From positions 736,001-800,000 of the forward strand of contig CAXXRD010000002.1 in NCBI GenBank assembly GCA_963663895.2: a stretch of DNA of 64,000 nucleotides, in the 5' to 3' direction. Source of the DNA: Dehalococcoidia bacterium. GTDB taxonomy: Bacteria > Chloroflexota > Dehalococcoidia > Bin125. A program made the translations under genes and the position numbers. Of this stretch, positions 52,559 through 62,324 are shown piece by piece; position 1 is the stretch's first letter, and each line of letters opens with the position of its first letter. The notes under the pieces are model-generated. The model was given only the letters and a program-made list of their open reading frames with translations, was not told the DNA's origin and made no database searches.

Positions 52559-53579
52559 CGACCCGATCGCTCCTCCTCCGGCCGCTGCCCCATCCACTGG
52601 CCCGCTGGTCGAGGTGTGGCTGGAGGTCGCTGCGGCGGAGAGCGAGCTGGCAGCGGCGATACTGGAGCGCGTCGCGCCTGCGGGGGTCGCGATCGCGCTT
52701 CCCTTCAAGCAGGATCCCGACTGCGGCGAGGCAGCGCTCTCGCCGCAGGGGCGGGCCCGCGTCAGCTGCTACCTTCCGGCTTCCTCTTGGCCGGAACTGC
52801 GTCCTACCGTCGCGGCGCTGGTGGCGGCTACCCCATGGCTCGGCGCGCCGGCTCAAGTGCGCGCGACGCCCCTTCCCGGCCGTGACTGGTCGACTGCCTG
52901 GCACGCCCACGTGCAAGTGCAGCGGTTCGGCCGTCTCGTCCTGCGGCCCACGCCCTGTGACTACGCGACGCGAGCGGACGAGGTCGTTGTTCACTTAGAG
53001 CCCGGCTTGGCCTTCGGCAGCGGGTCGCACGAGAGCACGCGCCTCGCCTTGATCGCGTTGGAGCGCTGGCTCCAGCCAGCCGCCAGCGCGCTTGATCTCG
53101 GCACCGGATCCGGCGTGCTCGCCTGCGCCGCTGCTCGCCTCGGCGCTTCCCATGTGGATGCCGTCGATATCGACCCCCTGGCGGTCGCCGCCGCCCGCCG
53201 CAACGCGCGGCTCAATGGGGTGGCGGGCGGCTTGGTGGCTGTGCAGCTCGGCGATCGTCCTCCCCCCGATGGAAGCTACGATTTCGTCGTCGCGAATCTC
53301 ACCGCTCTTGCCCTCGTGGCGTTGGCGGGCGCCTTGACCAAGGCGACTCGCCCTGGCGGGATCTGTGTCGTCGCCGGCGTGATCGATCAGCAGGAAGCGC
53401 GAGTAGCGCGGGCGCTGCGCGCCGCCGGCCTTGAGCCGCAGGAAACGCTTCGCGAAGGAGAATGGCGGGCGATCCAGTCGGTGCGGCCGGCGGCTGGGTG
53501 CCGGCGCCCCTCTCAGGGTCCGGAGTCACCGATTGCGAAATCCGGGTCCAGCGCGCCCTCCGGGTCGGGGATCTCCTGA
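52542..53579 (+). CDS. prmA: Ribosomal protein L11 methyltransferase
   Basis: DW...W, EPGLAFGSGSHEST, LDLGTGSGVLA, DIDP.AV, VVANL; conserved position after dnaJ. Confidence 0.9.
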   Translation: MPSAPDDPIAPPPAAAPSTGPLVEVWLEVAAAESELAAAILERVAPAGVAIALPFKQDPDCGEAALSPQGRARVSCYLPASSWPELRPTVAALVAATPWLGAPAQVRATPLPGRDWSTAWHAHVQVQRFGRLVLRPTPCDYATRADEVVVHLEPGLAFGSGSHESTRLALIALERWLQPAASALDLGTGSGVLACAAARLGASHVDAVDIDPLAVAAARRNARLNGVAGGLVAVQLGDRPPPDGSYDFVVANLTALALVALAGALTKATRPGGICVVAGVIDQQEARVARALRAAGLEPQETLREGEWRAIQSVRPAAGCRRPSQGPESPIAKSGSSAPSGSGIS

Positions 53580-54604
53580 TCCCGGATCCATTGCGCCGGG
53601 TTCACCGGGATGCCGTGCACCACGATCTCCCAGTGCAGGTGCGGCCCCGTCGCGAGGCCCGTGGCGCCGATCGACCCCAGCGGATCGCCGGTCACGACGA
53701 CCGTTCCCTCGGTCACGAGGACTTCCGAGAGGTGATAGTAGCCCGAGTGCACGCCGCCCCCGTGGTCGACGATGACGCTGTTGCCGCGCCTCTGCGTCCG
53801 CCCCACCCACGCCACCACGCCCGCGTTAGGGGCGAGCACCGGATCGCCGTGGTCTCCGGCAAAGTCGAGGCCGCTGTGATACTCGGTCGGCTCCCGGAAG
53901 TTGTACGAGCGCAGGAGCCCGAAGCTTGACGTGATCACGCCGGCCGCCGGCTGGTCGAAGAGGCCACTCCAGTGCCGCTCCGGAGTCAACGCCCGCTGTG
54001 CCGCGTCCCGGACCTCTTGGTCTTGCCCGATCACGGCCGGGTCGAGCAGCGCTTGGTTGCTCTCGTCGAGTTGAATAACCTCCGTCGCCACGGTCGCCTC
54101 CGTGACCGTGATGGTCGTCTCGCGGCGTAGCGCCTGCCGGCCCGCATTGTCCGCCACCGCGATCACGAGGGGGATCGGCCCCGGGGGCGTCCGCGCCTCG
54201 ACCGGGAGGATCGCGAACAGCCGGTCGCCCTCGCGAAGCAGTGTGAAGATCTCACCGTCGTACGCGACGGAGGCGAACCCGGCGCCCGGCGCGTCGACGG
54301 CAACCAGAAACGCGTACCCCTGGGTGACGTCATGCGGGACGACGTAGATCAGGGGATCCGTCTCGAGCACCGCCTCTGGCTCGGTGGGACCCAACTGCAC
54401 GACTGCCTGCGGCGGCGGCTCTGTCGTCGGCGCGCCGTCGCCGGCAGGGGCCGCGCTGCTTGCGGGGGCAAGGCCCTCCATCTGCGCGACCGCTTCCTCG
54501 GGAGTGGCGCCGTCGCCGCAGCCGACGGCGAACCCGGCCAGCGCAAACAGGAGCACGAGCGCCGCTGAGCGGCCGCAACCCAGCCGGCGGGGGCCAGAAA
54601 TCAT
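53513..54604 (-). CDS. M23 family peptidase, probable lipoprotein
   Basis: Lipobox-like [32 protein letters not shown]. Confidence 0.88.
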   Translation of the reverse strand: MISGPRRLGCGRSAALVLLFALAGFAVGCGDGATPEEAVAQMEGLAPASSAAPAGDGAPTTEPPPQAVVQLGPTEPEAVLETDPLIYVVPHDVTQGYAFLVAVDAPGAGFASVAYDGEIFTLLREGDRLFAILPVEARTPPGPIPLVIAVADNAGRQALRRETTITVTEATVATEVIQLDESNQALLDPAVIGQDQEVRDAAQRALTPERHWSGLFDQPAAGVITSSFGLLRSYNFREPTEYHSGLDFAGDHGDPVLAPNAGVVAWVGRTQRRGNSVIVDHGGGVHSGYYHLSEVLVTEGTVVVTGDPLGSIGATGLATGPHLHWEIVVHGIPVNPAQWIRDQEIPDPEGALDPDFAIGDSGP

Positions 54605-54724
54605 TCGCATAGTGTACGGCTGCTATCCGGCAGCGTCTGGCTCGGCTCGCTATCCTCGTTCTGCCTGGCGGCGCGACATGGGCGCTGCGCGTTCCTTGGC
54701 GGGCGGAGACAGGCGGAGGAGCCA

Positions 54725-55678
54725 GTGAACGACCCGCAAGGAGATATCAGACGGATTGCCCAGAACATCGAGCGGGTGATTTTGGGAAAGAGCCGCGAGG
54801 TCCAACTGGCGACGATCGCGCTCGTCAGCAACGGCCACCTCTTGATCGAGGACGTTCCCGGAACCGGCAAGACGATGCTGGCCCGCGCGCTCGCGATCTC
54901 CACCGGCTGCACCTTCACTCGCGTGCAGTTCACGCCGGACTTGCTGCCCTCGGACGTTACCGGCGTCTCGATCTACAACCAGAAGCACGGGGATTTCGAA
55001 TGGCGGCCGGGGCCCGTCGTCGCGCAGGTCGTGCTGGCCGACGAGATCAACCGCGCGACGCCCAAAACCCAATCGGCCTTGCTGGAGGCCATGGAGGAGC
55101 GGCAGGTGACCGTGGACGGCGTGACCCGGCCGTTGCCGCAGCCCTTCATGGTCATGGCCACCCAGAATCCCGTGGAGTACGAGGGCACCTTCCCGCTCCC
55201 CGAGGCGCAGCTGGACCGCTTCCTCCTTCGATTGCGCCTCGGCTACCCCGACCAAGCCGATGAGGTGGCGGTGCTGGAGGGTCAGCAGGAGCGTCACCCC
55301 ATCGGCGATCTGCAGCCCGTGATAGCGCCCGAGCGGATCCTCGATCTGCAGGCGGCGGTGCGGAGCATCTGGGTCGATCCGCTCATCAAGCAGTACATCG
55401 TCGAGATCGCGGGCGGCACCCGCAGCCACCCGGCGGTGTTTCTCGGCGCTTCGCCGCGCGGCTCGCTGGCGCTCTTCCGTTGCGCCCAGGCCCAGGCGCT
55501 CATCGCGGGGCGCGACTACGTCACCCCCGATGACGTCAAGGAGCTGGCGCCGTTCGCCCTGGGCCACCGGATCATCGTCAGCCCCACCGCGCAGGCACGT
55601 GAGACCGACGCCGCCACGGTCGTCCAGGAGACGCTGCAGCGGGTACCGGTGCCGGGCGCGCGCGCAGGCACACGGTGA
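54725..55678 (+). CDS. MoxR family AAA+ ATPase
   Basis: [67 protein letters not shown]. Confidence 0.95.
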   Translation: MNDPQGDIRRIAQNIERVILGKSREVQLATIALVSNGHLLIEDVPGTGKTMLARALAISTGCTFTRVQFTPDLLPSDVTGVSIYNQKHGDFEWRPGPVVAQVVLADEINRATPKTQSALLEAMEERQVTVDGVTRPLPQPFMVMATQNPVEYEGTFPLPEAQLDRFLLRLRLGYPDQADEVAVLEGQQERHPIGDLQPVIAPERILDLQAAVRSIWVDPLIKQYIVEIAGGTRSHPAVFLGASPRGSLALFRCAQAQALIAGRDYVTPDDVKELAPFALGHRIIVSPTAQARETDAATVVQETLQRVPVPGARAGTR

Positions 55679-56946
55679 TCCGATTCCCCTGGCGCCTGCT
55701 ACGGGCGGGCTACCGGGCGACACTGGGCCGGCGACGCATGCTCACCGGCGTCGTGCTGGCGCTGGTGCTGGCGCTGGTGCTGGCGTTCATCTCCAACTTC
55801 TGGTTGCCGTTTCGGATCGGCTACGTGTTGCTGTTCGCGCTGATGGCGGGCGCCTTGTGGACCTGGCTGCACACGCAGGGGCTGCGCGTCCGGCGCGACC
55901 TGGCGCAGACGCGGCTCACAGCCGGCGACTCGCTCTTGGAGCGCATCGAGATCGCCAACCGGCTGCGTCTCCCCAAGCTCTGGCTGGAGGTGCGCTCCGT
56001 GTCGGATCTGCCGCGCGAGCACGGGGGCCGCGTGGTCTCGCTGGGGTCGCGCGCCCGGCGAGCTTGGGAGGTCGCGACCGTCTGTCCGCGCCGCGGCCTG
56101 TTCACGCTTGGGCCGGTGACGGTTCGCGTCTCCGACCCCTTCGACCTCTTCCACTGGGAGCGGCGCTTCGGCCGCCAGCAGGAGATCATGGTCTATCCGC
56201 GCGCCCTGGAGCTGCCGGGATACGCGATACCGCCGGCCAGCCTGCCCGGCGAGGGGCGCTATCGCCGCCGCGCGCACTACGTCACCCCCAACGCCGCCGG
56301 CGTGCGCGAGTACCAGTCGGGCGACGCGCTCAACCGCATTCATTGGCCGAGCACGGTCCGCACCGGAGAGCTGATGGTCAAGACCTTCGAGTTCGACCCC
56401 GCTTCGCACGTCTGGGTGGTCCTCGACATGGACGCGCGCGTCCAGGCCGGCAGCGGCGACGAGTCGACCACGGAATACGCGGTCACGGTCGCGGCCTCCC
56501 TGGTCCGCCACTTCCTCGCCCAGAGCCGGGCCGTGGGGCTGCTCACCTTCTCGGATGGCTTGCTCATGCTTGAGCCGGATCGCGGCGGCTCCCAGCTCAC
56601 CTCCATGCTGGAGCTGCTGGCCGTCGTCCAGCCCGTCGGCGATGTTGGCCTCGGCTCCCTCCTGCTGCACTATGGTCATCATTGGGGCCGGCAGACCACG
56701 CTGATCGCGGTCACCTCGTCGGTCGAACGCCGCTGGGCGCATGCCTTGCGGGCCCTGCGGCTCCGGGGAGTCCGCACCGCGGCCACGCTGATCGAGGCGG
56801 AGTCCTTCGGCGGGCCCGCGGGCGCCGCCGCTTTGCGGAGCGAGCTGCTCGCCAACCAGATCGCCGCGACCCGCGTCCGCCGGGGCGACGACATTCCGGC
56901 GGCGCTGTCCCGTACCGCCGGCCGGCCGCTGGCGGCCGCGCCCTAG
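55675..56946 (+). CDS. DUF58 domain protein
   Basis: RRG...[28 protein letters not shown]...LMVK.FE. Confidence 0.9.
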   Translation: MIRFPWRLLRAGYRATLGRRRMLTGVVLALVLALVLAFISNFWLPFRIGYVLLFALMAGALWTWLHTQGLRVRRDLAQTRLTAGDSLLERIEIANRLRLPKLWLEVRSVSDLPREHGGRVVSLGSRARRAWEVATVCPRRGLFTLGPVTVRVSDPFDLFHWERRFGRQQEIMVYPRALELPGYAIPPASLPGEGRYRRRAHYVTPNAAGVREYQSGDALNRIHWPSTVRTGELMVKTFEFDPASHVWVVLDMDARVQAGSGDESTTEYAVTVAASLVRHFLAQSRAVGLLTFSDGLLMLEPDRGGSQLTSMLELLAVVQPVGDVGLGSLLLHYGHHWGRQTTLIAVTSSVERRWAHALRALRLRGVRTAATLIEAESFGGPAGAAALRSELLANQIAATRVRRGDDIPAALSRTAGRPLAAAP

Positions 56947-56948
56947 CC

Positions 56949-59609
56949 ATGCGGGGGCCCGTGCGGGAAGAGGTGCGGGCGCCGGCGCCGCGCGCCCGCA
57001 CCGGGGCCGCGGCCGTCGCCATCCGTGGCCTGGCCGAGCGGGCCGTCACCGCCGCCCTGCTGGCGATCCTCCTGCTCGCCGTTGCCGACAGCATCGTGGA
57101 GGCCGGGTGGGTGGAGGAGATGCCCGAGCTGCGGCTCCTGGTGGTGCTGGCGCTGGGATGCGCCCTGCTGCTGGCCCCCCTGCGCGCGCATTGGCTGCCT
57201 CTGCTGGGCGCGGGCCTGCTCGCCGGGGCGATCGTCGTCCTCTGGCAGGTGCTGAGCCTGGGCTCCATCGATCAGCAGCCCCTCTTCTGGGAGCGCTTCC
57301 AGGACCTGGGGGCGAGGCTCGATGACTGGTTCCGGCAGGCGTTCAGCTCCGGCATCGCGACGGGCAACCTGCCCTTCGTGCTGTTCGTCGCCGCCGCGCT
57401 CTGGGGCGCGGCCTTCCTGGGGTCGTTCCTCATGCTGCGCCGGCGCAACGCCTGGCCCGTGATCCTGGCCGGCGCCGCCCTGATCGCCGTCAACCTCGCC
57501 TATGCCGGCGGCGATCAGTGGGACGCGAACTTCGGCGTCTTCCTGGGGGCGGCCGTGGTGCTGGCCCTGCGCGCCCACCTCTGGCGGCGCTTCGCCCGCT
57601 TGCGCGACCAGGGCTCGGAGGTCCCGGTGCAGATGAGCTGGCACGCCCTGGTCGTGGGGGTCCTGCTGGCGGCGCTGCTGGTGGGCGGCAGCCGCGCCGC
57701 CCCGCGCCCGGACGAGTCCGGGGCGCTCGTCAGCATCTGGGACCGCGCCACCGATCCCTTCGTTGGCCTGGCCGACGAGGTCGACCGCCTCTTCACCGCG
57801 CTGGGCTCCGGCCGGACGCCGCCGCTGCACTCCTTCGGGGAAGGCTTCGCCCTGCAGGCCGAGATCGATCCCGGGGGAAGCGTCGTGGTGCAGGTGGAGA
57901 CGTCCGAGACGGGCTTGCTGCGCGGATCGTCGTACGATCGCTATACCGGCCAGGGCTGGACGCAGAGCCAGGCCCGGCCGGCGTCCGTGCCCGCCGGAGA
58001 GCCGCTCCCGGTCGATCCGCCGGCGGGCGCCTTCGGCTACGCCGCCCGGCGCGAGGTGACGAGCCTGATCTCGGTCGCGCGCTCCCCGCGCGTCTACTTC
58101 AGCGTGGGGCAGCCGCTGGTCCTGGACGACGAGGCGGAGGCCGTGCAGATCGGCGAGACGGTGGTGCGGGTCGAGGTCGGCAATCCCCGCGTCCCCAGCG
58201 TCGCGCCCGACCTGGCCCGGGCGCTGCGGGAGATCAGCATCCTCCAGGAGCGCGGCGAGCTCTCCGACCTCGCCGCCCTTAGCCTCCTCCCCCCCGGCTA
58301 CGAGGTCCTGGAGATCGAGCGCGGCTTCGGCGGCATCGCCGCCTTCGTCCTTCGCAGCGCCCCCGTGGCGCCGGACGTCCTGGCCCTGCGATCGCTCGGC
58401 CGCATCCACGCCGGCAGCGAGTACGCCGTCCGGGGCTCCGTGTCGGACGCGACCGAGGACGAGCTGCGGACGGCGGGCCGCGCCTATCCGCAGTGGGTGC
58501 TGTCACGCAATCTGCAGCTCCCGGCCGAGCTGACGGACGAGGCGTTCGCGCGTCTGCAAGCGCTGGCCCTAGCCCTCACCTCGGCGGCCCGGACCCCGTA
58601 CGACGCGGCCGTGGCCCTGGAGTCGCATCTCTGCTGCCAGCCCCGCGTCGGCCCCAGCGGCCGGCCGATCCGCGACGCCAGCGGCCGGCCGGTTCCCCTC
58701 TACCCCTTCAATCCGCTGATCCCGCCGTCCCCGGCCGAGACGGACGCGGTGAGCTGGTTCCTGTTCGAGTTCCGGGACGAGCGTGGCTTTCCCCTGGGCG
58801 GCTACTACGACTACCACGCCAGCGCCATGGCGGTCCTCCTGCGCAGCCTGGGCATTCCGGCGCGCATCAGCACCGGCTTCGTGCTCAACGAGGGCAACTT
58901 CGACGCGGGCAGCCGCTCCTTCGTCGTGCGCGCGCGGCACGCCTACACCTGGGTCGAGGTGTTCTTCCCCGGCTACGGCTGGGTCGACTTCGACCCCACG
59001 CCCTCCGGGACGGGAGCGGCCTTCACCGAGATCCAAGGCCGGCGGCTGGGCGCACAGCGCCTCCCGCCCCTGGATCCGGCCGCGGACGTCTCCTCCGCCA
59101 ACCCCGACCCCCGCCTGGGCGGCTTCTCGGCCATCCTGGACGACCTTGAGGGGCCCCCCGGCGTCACCGACCCCGAGGCGGCCGAGGAGGAGGCGCCGGC
59201 GGGCGGCTCCTCCCTCGTCTGGATCGCGCTGGCGGCCGTCCTGGGGACGCTCGCCGCGGGCGGCCTGGGCGGCCGGCTGGCCTGGGAGTGGTCGCTGCGC
59301 GGCCTCGGCCCGGCCGAGCGGAGCTGGGCCAGCCTGCACCGCCTCGCCCGCTGGGCCGGACTCGCGGGCGCCCCCAGCGCGACGCCGTCCGAGTTCGCCG
59401 GGCGGCTGGACGCCCGCCTGCGCGCCCCCGGCGACGCCGGGCGCCTGGCGCGGCATTACGTGCGCGTGCGCTACGGCCGCGGCGTCCTGGACGCCGGCGA
59501 GCGCGATCAGGTGCGGCGCTCGTACCTGCGCCTGCGCGGCCTGCTGCTGCGGCGCATCCTGCGCGGCGCCGCCCGCCCGCGCCGTCCCTCGCTGCGCCGG
59601 TTTTTCTAG
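56949..59609 (+). CDS. Membrane transglutaminase-like protein (TgpA-type; DUF3488, TGc, DUF4129) with substituted catalytic residues
   Basis: Multi-TM N-terminus, LRG.SYD.YTG.GW, ASAMAVLLRSLGIPAR..TGF, WVEVFFPGYGWV.FDPTP, TPSEF; third gene of the MoxR-DUF58 operon. Confidence 0.88.
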   Translation: MRGPVREEVRAPAPRARTGAAAVAIRGLAERAVTAALLAILLLAVADSIVEAGWVEEMPELRLLVVLALGCALLLAPLRAHWLPLLGAGLLAGAIVVLWQVLSLGSIDQQPLFWERFQDLGARLDDWFRQAFSSGIATGNLPFVLFVAAALWGAAFLGSFLMLRRRNAWPVILAGAALIAVNLAYAGGDQWDANFGVFLGAAVVLALRAHLWRRFARLRDQGSEVPVQMSWHALVVGVLLAALLVGGSRAAPRPDESGALVSIWDRATDPFVGLADEVDRLFTALGSGRTPPLHSFGEGFALQAEIDPGGSVVVQVETSETGLLRGSSYDRYTGQGWTQSQARPASVPAGEPLPVDPPAGAFGYAARREVTSLISVARSPRVYFSVGQPLVLDDEAEAVQIGETVVRVEVGNPRVPSVAPDLARALREISILQERGELSDLAALSLLPPGYEVLEIERGFGGIAAFVLRSAPVAPDVLALRSLGRIHAGSEYAVRGSVSDATEDELRTAGRAYPQWVLSRNLQLPAELTDEAFARLQALALALTSAARTPYDAAVALESHLCCQPRVGPSGRPIRDASGRPVPLYPFNPLIPPSPAETDAVSWFLFEFRDERGFPLGGYYDYHASAMAVLLRSLGIPARISTGFVLNEGNFDAGSRSFVVRARHAYTWVEVFFPGYGWVDFDPTPSGTGAAFTEIQGRRLGAQRLPPLDPAADVSSANPDPRLGGFSAILDDLEGPPGVTDPEAAEEEAPAGGSSLVWIALAAVLGTLAAGGLGGRLAWEWSLRGLGPAERSWASLHRLARWAGLAGAPSATPSEFAGRLDARLRAPGDAGRLARHYVRVRYGRGVLDAGERDQVRRSYLRLRGLLLRRILRGAARPRRPSLRRFF

Positions 59610-59718
59610 CCCGTCGCTATAATCGGTTGGTCAAGTACGGCGGCGATCGGCCGGCTGCGATGGCGCGGTCGCGGCTGGGGCGGGGGCCAAGCGTCGCCTG
59701 AAGGGACCGAAGGCGATC

Positions 59719-60102
59719 GTGAAGCCGCTTCCCGCGCCGCCGCTCTGGATCGCCCTGGCGGCGATCATCCTCATCGGCGTCGCCTGCCGCGGGAGTTCCG
59801 ACGGCGAGGTCCGCGAGGTCGTGGCCAAGCCGGAGGTGGTGGATGCGAGTGGCATGGTGCGCGAAGTCACGGTCGGGCCGGAGCGGGTGGACTGCGTCGG
59901 CGTGGGACCCCGGCTGTGCCTGGTCGTCGATGGTGGGCTCTTCTACGACGCGATCGACGGCTTCGACTACGAGGAGGGCTACCATTACCGGCTCCGCATC
60001 GAGCAGTACGATGCCTGGCCGGGCCAGGAGGAGCCGCCGGCCGACGCGGGACGCTACGGCTACCGGCTGATCGAGCTCATCAGCAAGACCCCGGCGCGGT
60101 GA
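59719..60102 (+). CDS. DUF4377 domain lipoprotein
   Basis: Lipobox GVAC, V.P.RVDC.GVGP..CL.V, FY..I.GF.YEEGY.Y.L, PPAD...Y.Y.L. Confidence 0.8.
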   Translation: MKPLPAPPLWIALAAIILIGVACRGSSDGEVREVVAKPEVVDASGMVREVTVGPERVDCVGVGPRLCLVVDGGLFYDAIDGFDYEEGYHYRLRIEQYDAWPGQEEPPADAGRYGYRLIELISKTPAR

Positions 60103-60148
60103 GGCCGCCGCCGGGGCCGGGAAGGCGGCCGGGAACGAGAGGTTCACA

Positions 60149-60391
60149 ATGAAGAAGGTGTTTATCGCTGGGGCGATCGGCCTGGTAGTCTCCCTCACCC
60201 TGCTGGGGAGCGCCGCACTGGCCCTGATGGCGCGGCTGGCGCTGCGGACGGCCCGGTCCGGCCCGCCGGGCGGCGCCAAGGAGGACGGGGAGCATTCGGC
60301 CTGCGGCTCGGCCTGCCGCTTCGCCGGCCAGGCCGTGCACTTCCTCGACGCGGCCCTGCGGCGCTTCCTCAGGGCGCGCACGGGAGGCTAG
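60149..60391 (+). CDS. Small membrane hypothetical protein
   Basis: GAGAGG RBS, MKK plus hydrophobic helix. Confidence 0.5.
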   Translation: MKKVFIAGAIGLVVSLTLLGSAALALMARLALRTARSGPPGGAKEDGEHSACGSACRFAGQAVHFLDAALRRFLRARTGG

Positions 60392-60471
60392 GGTTGGCGG
60401 CGGGAGCTCGCGAGCGACTGATGATGATCTCCGGATACCGTTCCCTAGGCCGTTCCCCCGCGATTCCGCTG

Positions 60472-61347
60472 ATGCGGCGGGCCGCGATCGCCCTGGCCGC
60501 CGTGGCGCTGGCGGGGCTCGCGGCCTGCTCGGACGGCGGCGAGCAACGGACCCTGTGGATCAGCGGCGTCCCCGACCAGGACGCCAGCCTGCTGGAGGCG
60601 CGCTTCACGGCCCTGGCCGAATACCTTGCCGAGGAGACCGGCCTGGACGTGCGCTACGTCCCCCACGAGAGCTACGCGGCCGTCGTCGACGCCTTCCGCG
60701 AGGGCGACGTGCACCTGGCCTGGTACGGCGGCCTCACCGGCGTCCAGGCCCGCCTGGCCGTCCCCGAGGCGGAGGCGATCGCCCAGCGCCCGCGCGACGC
60801 CGCTTTCCACTCCGTCTTCGTGGCCGCGCCGGACTCCGGCATCACGGATCTCGCCGGCCTGCGCGGTAGGACGCTGACCTTCGGCTCCGAGAGCTCCAAC
60901 TCCGGCCACCTCATGCCCCGCTTCTTCCTGCGGGAGGCGGGCATCGCCGTGGAGCGGGACCTGGCCGCGATCGGGTTCAGCGGGTCGCACGACCGCACCT
61001 GGCGGCTCGTCGCGGACGGCGCCTTCGACGCTGGCGCCCTCAACGCGGTGGTCTGGGAGGCGCGCGCCGCCGCCGGGGAGGTGGATCGCGCCAAGGTGGA
61101 GGTCTTCTTCCGCACGCCGCCCTACGTGAACTACCACTGGGTCGTGAACCGCGCCGTCGACGCCAGCCACGGGGCGGGCACGGTGGACAAGCTGCGAGCC
61201 GCGCTCCTAGCCATTGACGCCTCGCGCGGCGGGCGGGCGCAGGCGATCGCCGAGGCCTTCCAGACCGACCGCTTCATCCCCACGGCCAACGCAAACTACC
61301 GGCCGATCGAGGAGGTGGCGCGGGAGCTGGGGATCATCGGGCCGTAG
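60472..61347 (+). CDS. PhnD-like phosphate/phosphonate (putative selenate-type) ABC substrate-binding lipoprotein
   Basis: Lipobox LAAC, PDQ, Y.AVV.AF, WYGGLTGVQAR, FGSESS.SG.LMP, SGSHD, PPY..YHW. Confidence 0.85.
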   Translation: MRRAAIALAAVALAGLAACSDGGEQRTLWISGVPDQDASLLEARFTALAEYLAEETGLDVRYVPHESYAAVVDAFREGDVHLAWYGGLTGVQARLAVPEAEAIAQRPRDAAFHSVFVAAPDSGITDLAGLRGRTLTFGSESSNSGHLMPRFFLREAGIAVERDLAAIGFSGSHDRTWRLVADGAFDAGALNAVVWEARAAAGEVDRAKVEVFFRTPPYVNYHWVVNRAVDASHGAGTVDKLRAALLAIDASRGGRAQAIAEAFQTDRFIPTANANYRPIEEVARELGIIGP

Positions 61348-61423
61348 CGGCGCGTTCGCGCCGCGGCCCGGCTGCCGCCTCTCGGCGCTATGATTCTGTT
61401 GGAGAGGGGAATAGGGGGCTCCG

Positions 61424-61717
61424 ATGGACGTGAAGGAAGCGGTGCGAATGGCGAAAGAGTACGTTGGCCAACTCTTCGCCGACGAGGGGATCAAGAATGT
61501 TGGCCTCGAAGAGGTGGTGTTCGACGACGCGGCCGATGAATGGAAGATCACCATCGGTTTCTCCCGTCCCTGGGACCGGGCAGTTGGAACGGGCACCATG
61601 ACTGCTGTGCTTGGTGGAGCGCGCTTGGAACGTTCCTATAAGGTCGTTCGCGTCGATGACAGTAACGGCAAAGTCAAGAAATTGATCACGGATCGTATCT
61701 TGAAGTTCTCCAACTGA
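61424..61717 (+). CDS. Hypothetical protein, probable antitoxin partner of the downstream PIN protein
   Basis: 97 aa, lower GC, 4 nt upstream of the PIN gene; LEEV.FD....W.ITIGF..PW, RSYKVV.VD. Confidence 0.7.
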   Translation: MDVKEAVRMAKEYVGQLFADEGIKNVGLEEVVFDDAADEWKITIGFSRPWDRAVGTGTMTAVLGGARLERSYKVVRVDDSNGKVKKLITDRILKFSN

Positions 61718-61721
61718 GCCG

Positions 61722-62183
61722 GTGGCCCCGGCCGGTTTCTTCATTGATGCGAATCTTCTCGTATTGCTCGTCGTGGGTAGCACCGGGCGAGAATTAATCG
61801 CAAGACACCGTCGGCTGAGAGCATACAGAGCGGAAGATTACGATGCTCTGATCGATTTGATCGATCAGTTTGACCGGATACTAGTAACGCCAAACACTCT
61901 TACGGAGACGTCCAACCTGCTTGGTCAGCATAAAGACCCGGAGCGTTCACGCTTCTTCGAAACGCTCCGGGTCCTCATTCAAGAGAGCGAGGAGGTCGTC
62001 GTCGCCAGCGTGAAGGCTTCGCGTAACAGTGCGTTTGGACAGCTTGGGTTGACCGATGCGGCGCTTCTAGAGGTCGCCACAAAGGAGACGCCGTTGGTCA
62101 CTGCGGACCTCGGCTTATACCTCGCGGCTCTGGAGAGAGAGGGAGAAGCCGCAGTGAACTTCACGCATCTTCGGGATCTATGA
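61722..62183 (+). CDS. PIN domain protein (putative toxin)
   Basis: FIDANLLVL, TPN.LTE.SNL, LGLTDAAL, LVTAD acidic PIN residues. Confidence 0.8.
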   Translation: MAPAGFFIDANLLVLLVVGSTGRELIARHRRLRAYRAEDYDALIDLIDQFDRILVTPNTLTETSNLLGQHKDPERSRFFETLRVLIQESEEVVVASVKASRNSAFGQLGLTDAALLEVATKETPLVTADLGLYLAALEREGEAAVNFTHLRDL

Positions 62184-62324
62184 CTGGCCGTCGAGTCTGC
62201 TCGCTCTTTACTCTGGCCGCCAACGCTGCCGTTCCGATGCAGGTCGCCTCGGCGGAAAAGCTGTGCCTCTTCCACCGGCAGCACCCGGCCTAGCGTGCTG
62301 GACTCCCGATAGGGAAAGCCTAAT

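Noticed and set aside
53513-53579. 67-nt convergent overlap of prmA and the M23 gene
   Set aside because: 3' run-on overlaps are common in GC-rich genomes; no evidence of function
55753-55786. 12-bp tandem repeat GTGCTGGCGCTG in DUF58, and GACCCG x3 in grpE
   Set aside because: In-frame low-complexity coding repeats (VLAL, DP) with no sign of phase variation
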